A stretch of 64,000 nt of DNA, from positions 96,001-160,000 of the forward strand of contig CAWCTR010000008.1 of assembly GCA_963798485.1 (NCBI GenBank), read 5' to 3'. The translations under genes were made by a program, and so were the position numbers. The stretch is from an uncultured delta proteobacterium (GTDB lineage Bacteria > Desulfobacterota > Desulfomonilia > UBA1062). The notes beneath the pieces are model-generated. The model saw nothing but the letters and a program-made list of their open reading frames with translations. It was not told the origin of the DNA and searched no databases. Positions 1-10,139 of the stretch are shown piece after piece. Within the stretch, counting starts at the first letter, position 1. Each line of letters opens with the position of its first letter.

Positions 1-509
1 AAGTCCAGCTCGTCCCTGCTGCCATAGGCCCAGATGACCCTGTCTAAAAGCTGTTTGGAACAGGAGTAGATCCAGCGCTGCATGGGGATGGGCCCCAGTA
101 CGAGAGGGGAGCTGTATTCATCAAAGGCCTCATCAGCGCTCATGCCGTATACCTCTGAGGTTGAGGGGAAGATCACCCTCTTGTGGTATTTCACGCACGC
201 TCGGATGATGCGCAGGTTTTCCTCGAAGTCCAGCTCGAACACGCTCAAGGGACGCTCCACATAGGTCTTGGGGGTGGCAATGGCCACCAGCGGCAGCACC
301 ACGTCGCATTTCTTGATGTGATATTCGATCCATTCCTTGTTGATGGCGATGTCGCCCTCGATGAAGTGGAACCGCTCGTTGTCGATCACTGCTTTGAGCT
401 TGTTATCTCCCAGGTCCATGCCGTAGACGTTCCAGTCCGTTTCTCTCATGATCCGCTCGCTTAAATGCGAGCCGATGAACCCGTTCACACCCAATATGAG
501 TACTTTCAT
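1..509 (-). CDS. arnA: UDP-glucuronic acid dehydrogenase/decarboxylase (ArnA C-terminal domain as a stand-alone gene), runs off window start
   Basis: Manual translation [16 protein letters not shown]...STSEVYGM...[19 protein letters not shown]; Rossmann motif; ATG overlaps the upstream stop (ATGA). Confidence 0.9.
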   Translation of the reverse strand, partial: MKVLILGVNGFIGSHLSERIMRETDWNVYGMDLGDNKLKAVIDNERFHFIEGDIAINKEWIEYHIKKCDVVLPLVAIATPKTYVERPLSVFELDFEENLRIIRACVKYHKRVIFPSTSEVYGMSADEAFDEYSSPLVLGPIPMQRWIYSCSKQLLDRVIWAYGSRDELD

Positions 510-1420
510 TGCACCAGTTCTCCTTCGTGGTCTTTGAAATATTTCTGCAGGGCTTCCTCCTTGAGTGTCCTGCCGTTCACCTCTATCTCAAGGGGCCTTA
601 TACATCCGTAGCCGGTGCCGATCAAAACAGTATCTTCGTGAAAAATGATCTTGCCAGGCTCCTTTGTAGCCCCTGCCTCAGGCACGGCCCACCAGAAGGT
701 GACCATTTCATCACCCACAAACCCAAAGGCGCCGGGGTAGGGCGTTGTAACTGCACGTATGAGGTTATAGATCTCCGAAGCGGGTTTGTCCCAGAATATC
801 CGGCCGTCTTCCGGCTTCCTGCCCCCATAGTAAGAGCCTTTGGACAGGTCCATGTGCATCTTAGGGATATCTCCCATGATAATACGCGGCAGGATCTCGG
901 TAAGCATGGCATCGGCGGCCTGTTCGAGTTTGTTAAAGAGGGTAAGCGCAGAATCGTCCGGGGTGATCTCCACCTTCTTCTGGCTTACGATAGCCCCGGC
1001 ATCGGGCTTTTCCACCATCTCGTGCAGCGTAACGCCCGTTTGCTGTTCGCCTTTGATGAGAACCCAGTTCACCGGGCACCGGCCACGGTAGGCGGGCAGA
1101 TATGAGCCGTGGAGGTTATAGGCGCCGAGCCTCGGGATGTTAAGGATCGCGGGTTTGAGCATGTGCCGGTAATAGAAGCTGAAGATGATGTCCGGTTTAG
1201 CCGACTTGATCCGTTCGATCCACCCGTACTGGTTTGGGTCTCTCGGATGGACGCAGTCAATAGCAAGCTCACGGCACAGGTCAGGTACCGAGCCGAACCA
1301 CACATTCTCGCCCGGGTCATCCTCGTGGGAAAAGACCAGGGGGATCTCAAAGCCTGCACGCCCAAGCCTCCTGATGCCGACGAGGCCCATGTTATGGTAG
1401 GCGAAAACCACGGCCCTCAA
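506..1420 (-). CDS. UDP-L-Ara4N formyltransferase (ArnA N-terminal domain as a stand-alone gene)
   Basis: TTG start ([12 protein letters not shown]), [18 protein letters not shown] formyltransferase motif; TTGA overlap with arnC stop. Confidence 0.9.
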   Translation of the reverse strand: MRAVVFAYHNMGLVGIRRLGRAGFEIPLVFSHEDDPGENVWFGSVPDLCRELAIDCVHPRDPNQYGWIERIKSAKPDIIFSFYYRHMLKPAILNIPRLGAYNLHGSYLPAYRGRCPVNWVLIKGEQQTGVTLHEMVEKPDAGAIVSQKKVEITPDDSALTLFNKLEQAADAMLTEILPRIIMGDIPKMHMDLSKGSYYGGRKPEDGRIFWDKPASEIYNLIRAVTTPYPGAFGFVGDEMVTFWWAVPEAGATKEPGKIIFHEDTVLIGTGYGCIRPLEIEVNGRTLKEEALQKYFKDHEGELVQ

Positions 1421-2346
1421 TGGTATACCTTCCTTATGGTATACGGCGGGCGTTTCTTCACCTCGCGGTAGATCCTGCCCACATATTCGCCCATGACTCC
1501 GAAGGCCAGGAACTGCGCGCCCACAAAGAAGAACAACACGGCAAACAGGGTGAATATGCCTTGCGCCGCCCACTGGGCCCCAAAGGCGAGCCTGGCCACC
1601 GCAAGAAATGTGCCGAAGCCCATGCCGAGGAAGGCCAGGACAATGCCGGTATAGAGCATTGCCTTTAAAGGGAAGTCCGAGAAAGAGGTCACCAGGTCGA
1701 ATTGCAGAGAGATGAGCTTTGAGAGCGAATACTTGGACTCGCCTGCAAACCGTTCTTCGTGCCTCACCTCGATCTCGGCAATGTCCTTGGCGAAGCTGGT
1801 GGCGAGCGCAGGGATGAAGGTCGAATGCTCTTGGCTCGAAAGCATGTAGTCCACTACGTGCCTTTTGTATGCCCGGAGCATGCACCCCCAGTCGGAAAGG
1901 TGCACGCCGGTAATGCGGCGGGTAATGGCATTGACGATCCTGCTGGCCGTCTTCCTGAAAGACGAGTCCTGCCTCATCTTGCGTACCGTTCCCACCACCT
2001 CGTAGTTACCCGTCTCCATCACATCCACCAGGCGCGGTATCTCCTCGGGCGGGTTCTGGAGGTCGGCATCCAGGGTGACCACGATTTCGCCGGTGCTGTT
2101 CTCAAACCCGGCGAATACGGCCGCATGCTGGCCGTAGTTGCGGGAAAGCTCTACGATGATGACGCGATCTGATGCATGGCTTCTCAGGATATCCAGAGAT
2201 CTGTCCTTGCTGCCGTCATCAACGAGGATCACCTCATAATCCCTGTTCATTGCTTCCATGGCCGGCATGAGCCGTTCGAAGAGTTTTGGGAGCACCTGCT
2301 CTTCGTTGTATACCGGTATGACAACCGAGATCCTGGCCTGGTTCAT
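1417..2346 (-). CDS. arnC: Undecaprenyl-phosphate 4-deoxy-4-formamido-L-arabinose transferase (GT2)
   Basis: SVVIPVYNE, VDDGSKD, LDADLQNPP motifs; two C-terminal TM helices; arn context. Confidence 0.9.
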   Translation of the reverse strand: MNQARISVVIPVYNEEQVLPKLFERLMPAMEAMNRDYEVILVDDGSKDRSLDILRSHASDRVIIVELSRNYGQHAAVFAGFENSTGEIVVTLDADLQNPPEEIPRLVDVMETGNYEVVGTVRKMRQDSSFRKTASRIVNAITRRITGVHLSDWGCMLRAYKRHVVDYMLSSQEHSTFIPALATSFAKDIAEIEVRHEERFAGESKYSLSKLISLQFDLVTSFSDFPLKAMLYTGIVLAFLGMGFGTFLAVARLAFGAQWAAQGIFTLFAVLFFFVGAQFLAFGVMGEYVGRIYREVKKRPPYTIRKVYH

Positions 2347-3464
2347 GTGAAGGTCTCCTTGAGCGCGGTTATTACCCGGTCAACCTGTGACTCGACCAGA
2401 GAAGGATACAGCGGAATGCTTAAGATCCGTTCCGCTGCCGCCTCGGTCTCAGGCAAGTCCGTCTTCCCGAAGAGTTTTTTGATATATGTCAAGGTGTGGC
2501 ATGCCGGAAAGTGAAGCCCGTAGCCGATATTACGCTCTGCAAGCTCGGCCATGAGTGTCTTCCTGTCAACGGATCGGGCCTTGATCACAAAGAGGTGCCA
2601 GGAATGGACATGGCTGTAGGCAAGCACGCCCGGCAGGTCGAGACCCTTGACCTGGGAGAGGCCGTCAATATAACGCAGTGCTATATGGGTCCGCCCGGCA
2701 TTGATCTCATTGATCTTATTCAACTGCACAATACCGAGCGCCGCCTGCAGGTCGGTCAGGTTGTACTTGAATCCCGGTTCCTCGATGTCATAGGTGGGGT
2801 CTGAGGCCTTGCCGTAGCGCTTCCAGGCATCGCGCTCTATGCCATGGAATTTCAGCAGTTTCAGCTTATCCATCAGTTCCTTCGAGCCACCAGTGACCAT
2901 GCCGCCCTCTGCGGTGGTGATGTTTTTGATGGGGTGGAATGAAAACACGGCAATGTTATGTGCCCCGATATGGGAACCCTTGTAAAAGGTGCCGACGGCA
3001 TGGGCCGCATCCTCGATGATAGGGATCTTTCCGCAGGCCGCAACAATGGCATCCATATCCGCAGGTGCGCCGGCGAAGTGGACGGGGATAACGGCCCTGG
3101 TCTTTTTGGTGATGGCCTTGGCGATATCGTCGGGCTTCACCAGCAGCGTGCCGTAGTCTATATCGACAAACACAGGCTTGGCGCCTGAGAGCACAATCTG
3201 GTTCACCGTGGAGGCAAAGGTCATGGAAGGCGTGATGACCTCGTCGCCCTTGCCGATACCCAATGCCTTGAGCAGCAGGTGCATGCCGGCAGTGCCCGAG
3301 CTCAGTGCCAGGGCATGGCTGGAGCCGGTGTACCGTGCAAAGTCCTCTTCAAACCGGGCGCATTTGGGTCCGGTGGTTATCCAGCCGGACTTTATGACCT
3401 CGGTGACTGCATCGACTTCTTCGGTACCGAAGTACGGTTTGCTCATAGGTATGAATTCATCCAT
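2343..3464 (-). CDS. arnB: UDP-4-amino-4-deoxy-L-arabinose aminotransferase (DegT/DnrJ family)
   Basis: SGWITTGP, EDAAHAVG, FSFHPIKNITTAEGG PLP-lysine motif. Confidence 0.9.
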   Translation of the reverse strand: MDEFIPMSKPYFGTEEVDAVTEVIKSGWITTGPKCARFEEDFARYTGSSHALALSSGTAGMHLLLKALGIGKGDEVITPSMTFASTVNQIVLSGAKPVFVDIDYGTLLVKPDDIAKAITKKTRAVIPVHFAGAPADMDAIVAACGKIPIIEDAAHAVGTFYKGSHIGAHNIAVFSFHPIKNITTAEGGMVTGGSKELMDKLKLLKFHGIERDAWKRYGKASDPTYDIEEPGFKYNLTDLQAALGIVQLNKINEINAGRTHIALRYIDGLSQVKGLDLPGVLAYSHVHSWHLFVIKARSVDRKTLMAELAERNIGYGLHFPACHTLTYIKKLFGKTDLPETEAAAERILSIPLYPSLVESQVDRVITALKETFT

Positions 3465-3466
3465 CG

Positions 3467-5119
3467 TTAGTGGACCCCTTTCGATGGTGATGGTTTTGAG
3501 AGGAGCCAGAGCTCGGTGAGTCTCATTGTTTCCTTATCGGTAAGTTTGGGCATCAGGCCGCTCCATGCCGGGATATGTATGGCATCCGTCATCTTGTTAT
3601 CAATATGTAAAAGCATATGGCCGGTCGATTCCAGTAAATGTCCCAGTTCAATATCATTCTTCCTTGGCAGGAACAAGACATACCGGGTTTTGCCTGTTGA
3701 GACAAGATCAAGGAACTGTTTTCGATCAGTCACGTTCTCTATGGGGAATCCGCCATAGAAGGAACTCAGGGCCAGCGCGGTCTCGGTCAGGTCATACCCG
3801 ATTATATCGGCCTTGCCCACTGCCTTTCCGGCTTCCGAGAAAAACCCTTTGTAGCTCTTGATTGTGTCCACCTGGGGAAATAAAACGATTGACCAGGCGA
3901 TGATCAGGATTGCCCAGCCGCATATGATCCGCTCGGGTATGGTGAAGGCCAGGGTCTTGAATAGAAACCACTGGAGTGCAATGGACAGAACACATATGGC
4001 CGCGGCTGCCGGCAATGACCCTCCGATTATCATATAAATTATAGGAAGGCCAAGGCCTGCAAGCCCCACCAGGGTGGCAATAAACCTCAGCCAGCGCTTC
4101 TCCCACTGTGAGGCGGCCCCCTGTGCAGCCCTCTCCGCCCAGACAGTGATTATTACTGCCATGGCAGGGTACATGGGGAAGAAGTAGATGTTGCGTTTTG
4201 TGGAGGCAAGGCTCAGGAGAAGCAGCCCGCCAAAGAACCAGCAGTAAAAGAACCGCAACCTTTCATCGGGTTTTTTCAGGAAGACGAGTGCCGGGATGAG
4301 GATGAAAGACCATGGCATTCCCTCGGAAAAGAGAACAGGGATATAGTGATAGAAGGGCATCACATGGCCCCCCTGGTATATACCCACATTGAGAAATCTC
4401 CCGAGGTTGTTGTACCAGAAGAAGGTAGAGAGGAACTCCCTGCCGCCGCGCAAATACAGGATTCCGCCCCAGGCGCCGAGGGTGGCGGCCAAGAGGATTA
4501 TCCCTGGTATCACCCATGCCCTTTTGATGATTGTGAAGTCTTTCTGCCAGAGCACAAACAGGAAGACAGCGATTCCGGGGATGGCAAGCCCGATGATGCC
4601 CTTGGTGAGAAAGGCGCCTGCCAGGCACAGCCAGAAGATGGGGTAACCCTGCTTAAAGGTTCCCCGGTAGGCCAGGAGGAACGCAAAAAGCGCTGTCGTG
4701 ATGAAGAAGCCAAGGGCATTATCGACGATCATCTTATGCGTTATCATGAAGAACCCTGCCGTAGAGGCGAGCATAAGCGATGCCGGGGTTGCCGACTTGT
4801 TATCGTAGAGGGATCGCATCCCGAAGAATACCACCATCAGCGTGCCCAGGGCAAAGAAGACGGAAGAGAGCCTGCCGAAACCCTCGTTGCCGGTGCCGAA
4901 GATCTTCCACAAGAGACCGGTCAGTGCATAATATACAGGTGGCTGCTCAAGAAATGGCTCTTTCCCGAGATGGCAGATGAGGTAATCCCCTGTTATCGCC
5001 ATTGTTCGTGAGATGTCTGCAACGCGTGGCTCATCTGGCGTCCACAGCGAATGGTCGAAGATGCCCACAAATAACAGGGTAAGTGCCAGTATCAGTAAGA
5101 GAAAGTCTTTTTTCTGCAT
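3467..5119 (-). CDS. arnT: ArnT-family (GT-C/PMT-like) lipid A aminoarabinose transferase
   Basis: LWTPDEPR, QPPVYY, FLTKG motifs; multi-TM; heads the arn operon. Confidence 0.8.
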   Translation of the reverse strand: MQKKDFLLLILALTLLFVGIFDHSLWTPDEPRVADISRTMAITGDYLICHLGKEPFLEQPPVYYALTGLLWKIFGTGNEGFGRLSSVFFALGTLMVVFFGMRSLYDNKSATPASLMLASTAGFFMITHKMIVDNALGFFITTALFAFLLAYRGTFKQGYPIFWLCLAGAFLTKGIIGLAIPGIAVFLFVLWQKDFTIIKRAWVIPGIILLAATLGAWGGILYLRGGREFLSTFFWYNNLGRFLNVGIYQGGHVMPFYHYIPVLFSEGMPWSFILIPALVFLKKPDERLRFFYCWFFGGLLLLSLASTKRNIYFFPMYPAMAVIITVWAERAAQGAASQWEKRWLRFIATLVGLAGLGLPIIYMIIGGSLPAAAAICVLSIALQWFLFKTLAFTIPERIICGWAILIIAWSIVLFPQVDTIKSYKGFFSEAGKAVGKADIIGYDLTETALALSSFYGGFPIENVTDRKQFLDLVSTGKTRYVLFLPRKNDIELGHLLESTGHMLLHIDNKMTDAIHIPAWSGLMPKLTDKETMRLTELWLLSKPSPSKGVH

Positions 5120-5265
5120 AGCGATATGATCACAATCGTCCCCATCATAAGAAGGATCTCTGGAAATAACAAGCCCATTTCAAGGGACCGAAGAACTCTC
5201 CGGACCTTGGGTTGGATGCCTTGCGGCTTTTCATAAGGGCTATATTATTATAAAGAGATGGAACC

Positions 5266-6870
5266 ATGAGATGTGATCGTGAGAGATTTTTAAAAGGGGC
5301 ACTAATAGCCGGTTGTGCGGTCATGTTCCTCAGCCTGTGCCCCCGTGCCCTGTGGGACCCTGATGAAGGCAGGTATGCAGAGATGGCCCGGGAGATCCTC
5401 GTGCTTCATGACTGGGTCACCCCCCACCTGGATTATCTGCACTATTTCGAGAAACCCATGATGTTCATGTGGCTTGAGGCCATCAGCTTCAAGGTGCTCG
5501 GGGTCTCCGAGTGGGCGGCACGGCTGGTTTCCCTCATGGAGGCCCTGGGCGGAGTATTTCTCGTCGGCCTTATGGCCAAAAAGTTGTGGGGAATAAGGGC
5601 AGGTATCATAGCATCGTTATGCCTCATAACCTCTGTTGAATATTTTGTCCTGGCAGGCGCTGTGGATATCAACATGACGTTGACCCTGTTCATCACTGCC
5701 GCCTTTGTGTTCTTCTGGCTTGGTCATACAGAGGCAACGGCCGGGTACTTCTATCTCTTCTGGGCGTCCATGGCGTGCGCCACCCTCACCAAGGGGCCCA
5801 TCGGAGTCATCCTGCCCGTGGGTGCCATCGGGATCTACATCCTCTTGACCAGGCAGTTTAAACTCATCAAACAGTCGAGGCCGGTAACAGGAATCCTGCT
5901 GTACCTTGCCCTGACGCTGCCCTGGTTCATCCTTGTGAGCATGAGGAATCCCGATTTCTTTTCATTCTTTTTCATAAACCAGAATATTCAGAGATATGCC
6001 ATATCGGAAGAGCGATACCAGCCGTTCTATTACTTTTTCCTGATAATCATAGTCGGGTTTCTGCCGTGGACAGGCCTGCTCCCAACAGTGGTGAAAGAGA
6101 CATGGATGCACAGGATGTCACGGGAAATCATCTATATTGCCCTCTGGTTCGGATTCATCTTCGCCTTCTTTACACCGTCACATTCCAAACTCGCCACCTA
6201 TGTGCTTCCGTGCTTTCCGCCCCTGGCGCTTCTCTTGGCATATGCAGTTCATAGAGCACCGACCAATGCGCGGATGCCGCTCATCGCAACAGGTTTCTTC
6301 TGGTGTCTCGCAGGAATCGTCCTGGTCATGTCCCCATTTATGCCTATTCATGGGTTGATGAGTTTATCCGGAAGTGGAATTGAGCCGGTCATGCACGATG
6401 GACTGCTCATCGGGGGGGGCGTCATCATAGGGGTTGTTTCGGGCATGCTCTTCGGATTGAAATACGACAATGTTGCAGGCATAGGCATCATAGGGGCAAC
6501 TATAATGATTATAGCCCTGATATTCTCGCCGCTATGGGATGATATGCAATCGACCAAGACCCTGGTTAAGGATATGCCGCACCAGGCAAGGCTTTATACC
6601 TACAAGGACTATTACCCGAGCTCGAGCTTTTACACACAGGGCAACGTTGTGCTTGTAGATTACTCAGGTGAGCTGGATTTCGGTGTCAGGCACAGCATAT
6701 CTCAAGGGGTCGTGCTCACGGTCGATGAGCTGGCAAGGCTCATGAAGACAGACAAGGATACCTATTGCCTGAGCACGATGAAACGTCTCCCCGCACTTCG
6801 CGCAAGAATCCCGAATTTAATCGTAGTGAGGCAAACGGGCGGTATGTGCCTTTTGAATATACCCAGATGA
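5266..6870 (+). CDS. Second ArnT-family glycosyltransferase, divergent
   Basis: LWDPDEGRYAEMAREI, YFEKP, LTKGP, SKLATYVLPCFP motifs. Confidence 0.85.
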   Translation: MRCDRERFLKGALIAGCAVMFLSLCPRALWDPDEGRYAEMAREILVLHDWVTPHLDYLHYFEKPMMFMWLEAISFKVLGVSEWAARLVSLMEALGGVFLVGLMAKKLWGIRAGIIASLCLITSVEYFVLAGAVDINMTLTLFITAAFVFFWLGHTEATAGYFYLFWASMACATLTKGPIGVILPVGAIGIYILLTRQFKLIKQSRPVTGILLYLALTLPWFILVSMRNPDFFSFFFINQNIQRYAISEERYQPFYYFFLIIIVGFLPWTGLLPTVVKETWMHRMSREIIYIALWFGFIFAFFTPSHSKLATYVLPCFPPLALLLAYAVHRAPTNARMPLIATGFFWCLAGIVLVMSPFMPIHGLMSLSGSGIEPVMHDGLLIGGGVIIGVVSGMLFGLKYDNVAGIGIIGATIMIIALIFSPLWDDMQSTKTLVKDMPHQARLYTYKDYYPSSSFYTQGNVVLVDYSGELDFGVRHSISQGVVLTVDELARLMKTDKDTYCLSTMKRLPALRARIPNLIVVRQTGGMCLLNIPR

Positions 6871-6926
6871 AGTTTATCTGGTGAGGCAGAAGGCTTGCCG
6901 TCAAGGATAACAAAGAATATCAATAA

Positions 6927-7373
6927 TTAAGAGATATCCAGGGCAACCCTGATCTTGAAGACCTTGCTGGCGGGTAGGTCCAGGATCTTGATATCGAGGG
7001 CCTGCTCTATTTCACGAATGATCTCTTTAAGGCGCTCTTTGCTCGGGGCGATGAGGGTGAACCAGCAGTTGGGCTGGCCATCTCTTAAGTAGTTATGTGT
7101 AACCTCTTCATACCTGCCTACGAAGGCAGCAAACTCTTCAAGGCGCTCCATGGGGACATCAACGGCGCATAGTGTCGAATGCCAGCCGATGCCCCTGGGA
7201 TGAATGACAGCCCCGATCCTTCGGATGATGCGCCCGGCCTTCAGTTTCTTTATGCGGTCAATGGTTTCTTCCTCTGAGATGCCCACTGACCGGGCAACGA
7301 GCTGGAACGGCCGTTCTGCAATTGGAAGCGTATTATTGATGATACTGAGGATCTTGCGGTCAATCGTGTCCAT
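6927..7373 (-). CDS. ahbA: Siroheme decarboxylase subunit (AhbA/NirD-like, Lrp/AsnC fold)
   Basis: MDTIDRKIL, LPIAERPF, IIRRIGAV, VTHNYLR; follows ahbD and hemB. Confidence 0.8.
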   Translation of the reverse strand: MDTIDRKILSIINNTLPIAERPFQLVARSVGISEEETIDRIKKLKAGRIIRRIGAVIHPRGIGWHSTLCAVDVPMERLEEFAAFVGRYEEVTHNYLRDGQPNCWFTLIAPSKERLKEIIREIEQALDIKILDLPASKVFKIRVALDIS

Positions 7374-7381
7374 ATGATCTA

Positions 7382-8371
7382 TTATCCATGGTACCAGCAT
7401 ATGGAGTCGACCTCCATGGCGTCGCCATGGACCTCATAGGCCCTGGCCCGGCAGCCACCGCAGACCGTGACAAATCTGCACGTGCCGCACTTTCCTTTCA
7501 GATTGCCCTCATCCCTTAACTGCATGAGCATGTGCGATTCGGCCCAGATGCCGGCAATAGGCTGTTTGCGGATGTTGCCGCAGTCGATCTGGAGGAACCC
7601 GCAGGGCTGCACCGTACCGGTGGCTGAGACAAAACCGAAGCCGGTGCCTGCCAGGCAGCCCTTGGTGGGGCTTGATCCTTCCTTTTCTGCGAGCATGCGG
7701 TAGTATTGGGGGGCGCAGGTGGCCTTGCATTCTATCTCAGCGCCCTTGGAGACGGCATGGAAGTCTTCAAGCATCTCGCGATACTGCCTGATCCTGGCTG
7801 CTTCAACGTTTTCGCCCCTGCCTGTGGGCACAAGGAAAAACACATGCCAGGCCATGACACGTAAGGACTTCAGGAAGCCGGGGAATTGCCTCATCTGGGA
7901 TATGTTTATGGCGGCTACGGTGGTGTTCACCTGTACGGGGACCCCGTTTTCAACGAGAATCCTGATGCCGGACAATGCCATATCAAAGGCCCCGGATAGC
8001 CCCCGGAAGGTGTCATGGATGTCGCTTGTCACGCCGTCGAGGCTCACGGAGACCCGGGCAATGCCCGATTCCTTCATTTTCAAGGCGACCAGCGGTGTCA
8101 CCAGGGAGCCATTGGTGGCCAGCGTCATGCGAAGGCCCAGGGAGGTTCCGTATGAGGCAAGCTCGAACACATCGTGGCGGGCAAGGGCCTCGCCGCCCGA
8201 GAGGATCACAAGCCGGGTGCCTCCTTTGGAAAGATCGTTCAGCAGGGCAAACCCTTCATCGGTTGTAAGCTCATCAGGGCCGGGTATATTTGTAGCCGAG
8301 GCCCTGCAGTGCATGCAGTTCAGATTGCATGCCTTGGTGAGCTCCCAGGCAAGGATGTTCGGCAGTTTCAT
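7382..8371 (-). CDS. ahbD: Radical SAM/SPASM heme b synthase (AhbD-like)
   Basis: AWELTKACNLNCMHC (CxxxCxxC), KATCAPQYYR, C-terminal SPASM KCGTC..CGGCRARA. Confidence 0.8.
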   Translation of the reverse strand: MKLPNILAWELTKACNLNCMHCRASATNIPGPDELTTDEGFALLNDLSKGGTRLVILSGGEALARHDVFELASYGTSLGLRMTLATNGSLVTPLVALKMKESGIARVSVSLDGVTSDIHDTFRGLSGAFDMALSGIRILVENGVPVQVNTTVAAINISQMRQFPGFLKSLRVMAWHVFFLVPTGRGENVEAARIRQYREMLEDFHAVSKGAEIECKATCAPQYYRMLAEKEGSSPTKGCLAGTGFGFVSATGTVQPCGFLQIDCGNIRKQPIAGIWAESHMLMQLRDEGNLKGKCGTCRFVTVCGGCRARAYEVHGDAMEVDSICWYHG

Positions 8372-9339
8372 GCGAGCAGCTCGGCCAGCCTCGGTGCAAA
8401 GTAGGTGATGATAATATCCGCGCCTGCACGCTTGATGGAGGTGGCTGACTCCAGTATGCACGCGTCTTCACTCAGCCAGCCACGCTCGCAGGCGGCCTTG
8501 ATCATGGAGTACTCGCCCGAGACCTGGTATGCCCCCAAGGGGCAGTCGAATTCGTCGGCAACAAGGCGGATGACATCCAGATAGGGCAGCGCCGGCTTTA
8601 CCATGAGCATGTCCGCGCCCTCCTCGATATCGTATGCCGCCTCGCGCATGGCCTCGCGCACATTGGCCGGGTCCATCTGGTAGCCCTTCCTGTCGCCGAA
8701 AGAGGGATTCGACCCGGCCGCCTCACGGAAGGGGCCGTAGAAACACGAGGCATATTTCACGGCATAGCTCAGGATGGGGAGGTGTTCATAGCCGTTTTCA
8801 TCGAGCGATTCGCGGATCATGCCCACGCGGCCGTCCATCATGTCGGACGGCGCGATGATGTCTGCGCCTGCCTTGGCATGCGAGAGCGCCACGGTAGAAA
8901 GCAGTTCCAGTGTGTCGTCATTGCTTACCTGCCCGGCGTCATCCAGGATGCCGCAATGGCCGTGGTCCGTGTACTCGCACAGGCACACATCCGTTATGAC
9001 CATGATTTCCGGGGCCGCATCCTTGATGCGCCTTATGGCCTGCTGGACCACCCCGTCTTTATGATGTGCCGAGGTGCCGGTAGGGTCTTTCTTTTTCGGT
9101 ATGCCGAAGAGCAGGATTGCCGGGATCCTCTGTGAGGAGATCTGTTTGGCCAGCTTGGGCAATAGGTCAGGGGAATACCGGAACTGGCCGGGCATGGCGT
9201 CGATGGGCTCTTTCAGAGAAGAGCCTTCCTTTATGAAGAGCGGGTAGACGAGGTTATCCACATGGACACGCGTCTCCCTGACCATCCTCCTGAGCGTATC
9301 CGTGCGCCGAAGCCTGCGGGGTCTGTTTTCTGGGAACAT
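8368..9339 (-). CDS. hemB: Porphobilinogen synthase
   Basis: RPRRLR, DVCLCEYTDHGHCG, APSDMMDGR, MVKPALPYLD. Confidence 0.97.
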   Translation of the reverse strand: MFPENRPRRLRRTDTLRRMVRETRVHVDNLVYPLFIKEGSSLKEPIDAMPGQFRYSPDLLPKLAKQISSQRIPAILLFGIPKKKDPTGTSAHHKDGVVQQAIRRIKDAAPEIMVITDVCLCEYTDHGHCGILDDAGQVSNDDTLELLSTVALSHAKAGADIIAPSDMMDGRVGMIRESLDENGYEHLPILSYAVKYASCFYGPFREAAGSNPSFGDRKGYQMDPANVREAMREAAYDIEEGADMLMVKPALPYLDVIRLVADEFDCPLGAYQVSGEYSMIKAACERGWLSEDACILESATSIKRAGADIIITYFAPRLAELLA

Positions 9340-9402
9340 GCCAATCCTCCGGGTATGGTAAGAATGTTTAAGTTATATATCGTTATGCTTAAAGGATGCA
9401 AG

Positions 9403-10017
9403 CTAGGGAATGGAGAGCAGTATGGGAACGATCCCGGTTTTCTGCAAGTACCCAAGGAAATGGATAAGGATGAAGGCCAGCGGGAACCACATGACGCTGA
9501 ATAACGCCCGCCTGAAGAGCCGTGCATCAACCGGATATTCCTTGGGCTCATGGAAGAGGGATAACTTCGGAGTGAATGACGGCACGACAGAGCAGTATTG
9601 CCTGAAGCTTTCGCCGTGGACCTGGGCCAGGTGCTTTTCCTCAGCCCGGATAACCAGGGGGTAGTAGACGGCAAAGGCCAGCAGGATGGAGCCTGAGACG
9701 AGGATGCTCGTGGAGAGGAGGCAGATACCCAATGCCCCGCAGAGGCTGAAGAAGTACAAGGGATTTCTCATGATGGAATAGGGCCCCTCGGTGATCAGGT
9801 CTTTGGTCTTGTGGCCGCTGATATAACTCAAGGCCCAGAGCCTGCCGAATGCAGCGAACAGGACCAGGACAAAGGCCAGCAGCTCGCTTGCCATATGTGC
9901 TGCCAACCCCGGCTGCCAGACGGACCTCGAGAAGATCATAAGCAGCACCACGCAGCCGATAAACACCCGTGAAAGAAGGATACGGTTCTTTTTCGTGAAG
10001 GAAAGTATCTTTTTCAT
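9403..10017 (-). CDS. Isoprenylcysteine carboxylmethyltransferase/PEMT-family membrane protein
   Basis: LITEGPYSIMRNPLY and EEKHL..HGESFRQY..VPSF motifs. Confidence 0.8.
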   Translation of the reverse strand: MKKILSFTKKNRILLSRVFIGCVVLLMIFSRSVWQPGLAAHMASELLAFVLVLFAAFGRLWALSYISGHKTKDLITEGPYSIMRNPLYFFSLCGALGICLLSTSILVSGSILLAFAVYYPLVIRAEEKHLAQVHGESFRQYCSVVPSFTPKLSLFHEPKEYPVDARLFRRALFSVMWFPLAFILIHFLGYLQKTGIVPILLSIP

Positions 10018-10139
10018 ATAATGGGTGTAGGTTCTAGGATACCTTCCGACTTGTCGTCAACTAATTAATTAGAGTATAACAAGCCAATTCTTCAGTATTA
10101 AAAATCCAAATTCCTTTTGAGGGGATCAGGAGGGGTATT

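Noticed and set aside
1421-1885. Long N-terminal extension of track ORF 506-1885
   Set aside because: Overlaps arnC in another frame; formyltransferase similarity begins at TTG 1420
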